Both the position numbers and the translations under genes were made by a program. The notes beneath the pieces are model-generated. The model searched no databases. It saw only the letters and a list, made by a program, of their open reading frames with translations, and was not told the DNA's origin. 64,000 nt of DNA from an uncultured Planctomycetota bacterium. GTDB lineage: Bacteria; Planctomycetota; PLA2; JAEUHO01. The stretch is taken from NCBI GenBank assembly GCA_963752285.1, contig CAVVXN010000005.1:256001-320000 (forward strand). The letters run 5' to 3'. Shown one piece after another: positions 62,798 to 64,000 of the stretch. The stretch's first letter is position 1; every line of letters begins with the position of its first letter.

Positions 62798-64000
62798 TTA
62801 CTTGCCCAACGAGCTGCTGAGCCTCACCCTGATCACGTCGGCGCCTCGTTCCGGCGAGAGGGCCGACGCGTACCAGGCTTCCTCTGCTCCTTGTGCCCGC
62901 CCGGCAACGGAAACCGGAAATCGATCAGGATGGATCCACACGGTCAGGACCCGTCCAAAGAGTAGTGCGCCTCCGCCACAGCCCGCTCCCTTGCGATCGC
63001 TGACTTGGACCAAGAGCCATGGAGACTCGGAGCCCATCTCTCGAGGCGGCGACACCTCCAATCGGATCGCCTGCTCGAAGCGAAGGGAGAGCTCGAGCTC
63101 GCGGCCCGCGACCGCCGGCACCGCCGGCGCATCGAGGTGCCCGAGGCGTGATGCGGTTTCGGGCGGGGGGCGCGCCGAGGCCATGAGGTCGCTGCCGGTC
63201 GGGATGCCGTCGAAACGACACGTGCCGGAGTCGTCCGTAACTCCATTCCAGGGGAAGGACCCCTCCCGTCCCCGGAGGATTACGAGGGCGCCGCTCGCCG
63301 GCTCGCCGGAGGGGCCGTAGACCCTGACGCGGATCGCGGCGCACCCGGGAGCGCGCCGGGCGACCACGCGCACCTGTCCCGCTCCATCGGAGGGCACTCT
63401 CGCTTCTCCCTGCCAAGGCGACGGCGAACGCAGGATCTCTCCCCATGCGACCTGCATTCGTTCGCTCCGGAGCACGAGCCGGCACGCACTGGGCGTCCCG
63501 GCCGGACAGCCGAGGTCGAAGACCCCGCTCCCAGTCGTCCACGTCGAGGCGATGCGTTCTCCGTCCGCCTGAACCAAGTCCACCCCGACCCCTGCGACTC
63601 GCCCCCCCCCCTCGGTCACGACCAGCCCGCGAATCGAACGCCGGGGACGTAACGTGACCTCGATCTCCTGCTTGCCGCGCGCCTGTGATGCAGCAAGCTC
63701 CTCTCGCATCCAGCGCCCGCCGTCCGTGGCGCCGGGATCGACGATGACTAGGCGCGAGTCGTCGGCGAGAAAGACTCGGGCCCGACCCAGAAGGTCTGTC
63801 GTGACGCCGTAGATGCCTGCGCTCGTCTGCACGGCCACCGTGCACTCCGGGAGTGGTTCCCCGATCGAGGTCAGTACGCGCACATCGATCGGCTTCCCTG
63901 GCGTGGTACAGGTTCGCAACTCGACTCTGGCGACTTGCCCCGAGCGGACGTGGACCTCCTGCGCCACGTAGGGCGCACCGGGAACACGCGCAACGACGCG
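62798..64000 (-). CDS. Carboxypeptidase-regulatory-like repeat protein (N-terminus beyond the right edge)
   Basis: VRVLTSIGEPLP, IRGLVVTEGGGRVAGV, VRVYGPSGEPASGA, TDDSGTCRFDGIP; frame open to the window edge. Confidence 0.7.
   Translation of the reverse strand, partial: RVVARVPGAPYVAQEVHVRSGQVARVELRTCTTPGKPIDVRVLTSIGEPLPECTVAVQTSAGIYGVTTDLLGRARVFLADDSRLVIVDPGATDGGRWMREELAASQARGKQEIEVTLRPRRSIRGLVVTEGGGRVAGVGVDLVQADGERIASTWTTGSGVFDLGCPAGTPSACRLVLRSERMQVAWGEILRSPSPWQGEARVPSDGAGQVRVVARRAPGCAAIRVRVYGPSGEPASGALVILRGREGSFPWNGVTDDSGTCRFDGIPTGSDLMASARPPPETASRLGHLDAPAVPAVAGRELELSLRFEQAIRLEVSPPREMGSESPWLLVQVSDRKGAGCGGGALLFGRVLTVWIHPDRFPVSVAGRAQGAEEAWYASALSPERGADVIRVRLSSSLGK

Noticed and set aside
61785..63320. 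511-aa ORF spanning copy 4 and the desulfurase fragment as a fusion protein
   Set aside because: It reads the transposase in the wrong frame and runs antisense into the next gene; likely a chance open frame.
46928..64000. Classical integron (IntI plus attC array)
   Set aside because: No tyrosine recombinase seen; isolated GTTAGAT (~59549) and GCCTAAC (~61278) lack partner boxes; unit boundaries are element ends, not attC sites.
1..64000. tRNA/rRNA genes
   Set aside because: None recognised by eye; a tRNAscan/Infernal run would be needed to exclude them.

Overview
Very GC-rich bacterial DNA; gene style (ECF sigma factor with long C-terminal extension, many signal-peptide/HEAT proteins) suggests a planctomycete-like organism, which is inference only. 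1-45.2 kb is ordinary core genome: type III glutamine synthetase, an MrfAB/YprAB-like helicase plus exonuclease, map, lysS, ArnT-like and GT9 glycosyltransferases, a VWA protein, ferredoxin-NADP reductase, ppk1, an amino-acid dehydrogenase, lutABC, an Fpg-like glycosylase, and a Family 2B encapsulin followed by a cysteine desulfurase with a long cargo-loading extension. 45.2-64 kb is an accessory region built around an IS91/ISCR-type rolling-circle (HUH) element. One full copy is followed by three co-oriented, variably 5'-truncated copies, all ending at the same terminus (...GAGGATTCAATGTCCTATGCGTC). Each terminus abuts unrelated cargo: an RHS polymorphic protein plus partner gene, secreted/HEAT genes, phage HNH, IS66-like and IS3-like scraps, and a 92%-identical fragment of the desulfurase gene lying upstream of the full element. 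The architecture looks like an HUH-driven, integron-like cassette array. This is the main candidate for an undescribed system; assembly chimerism must be excluded first.
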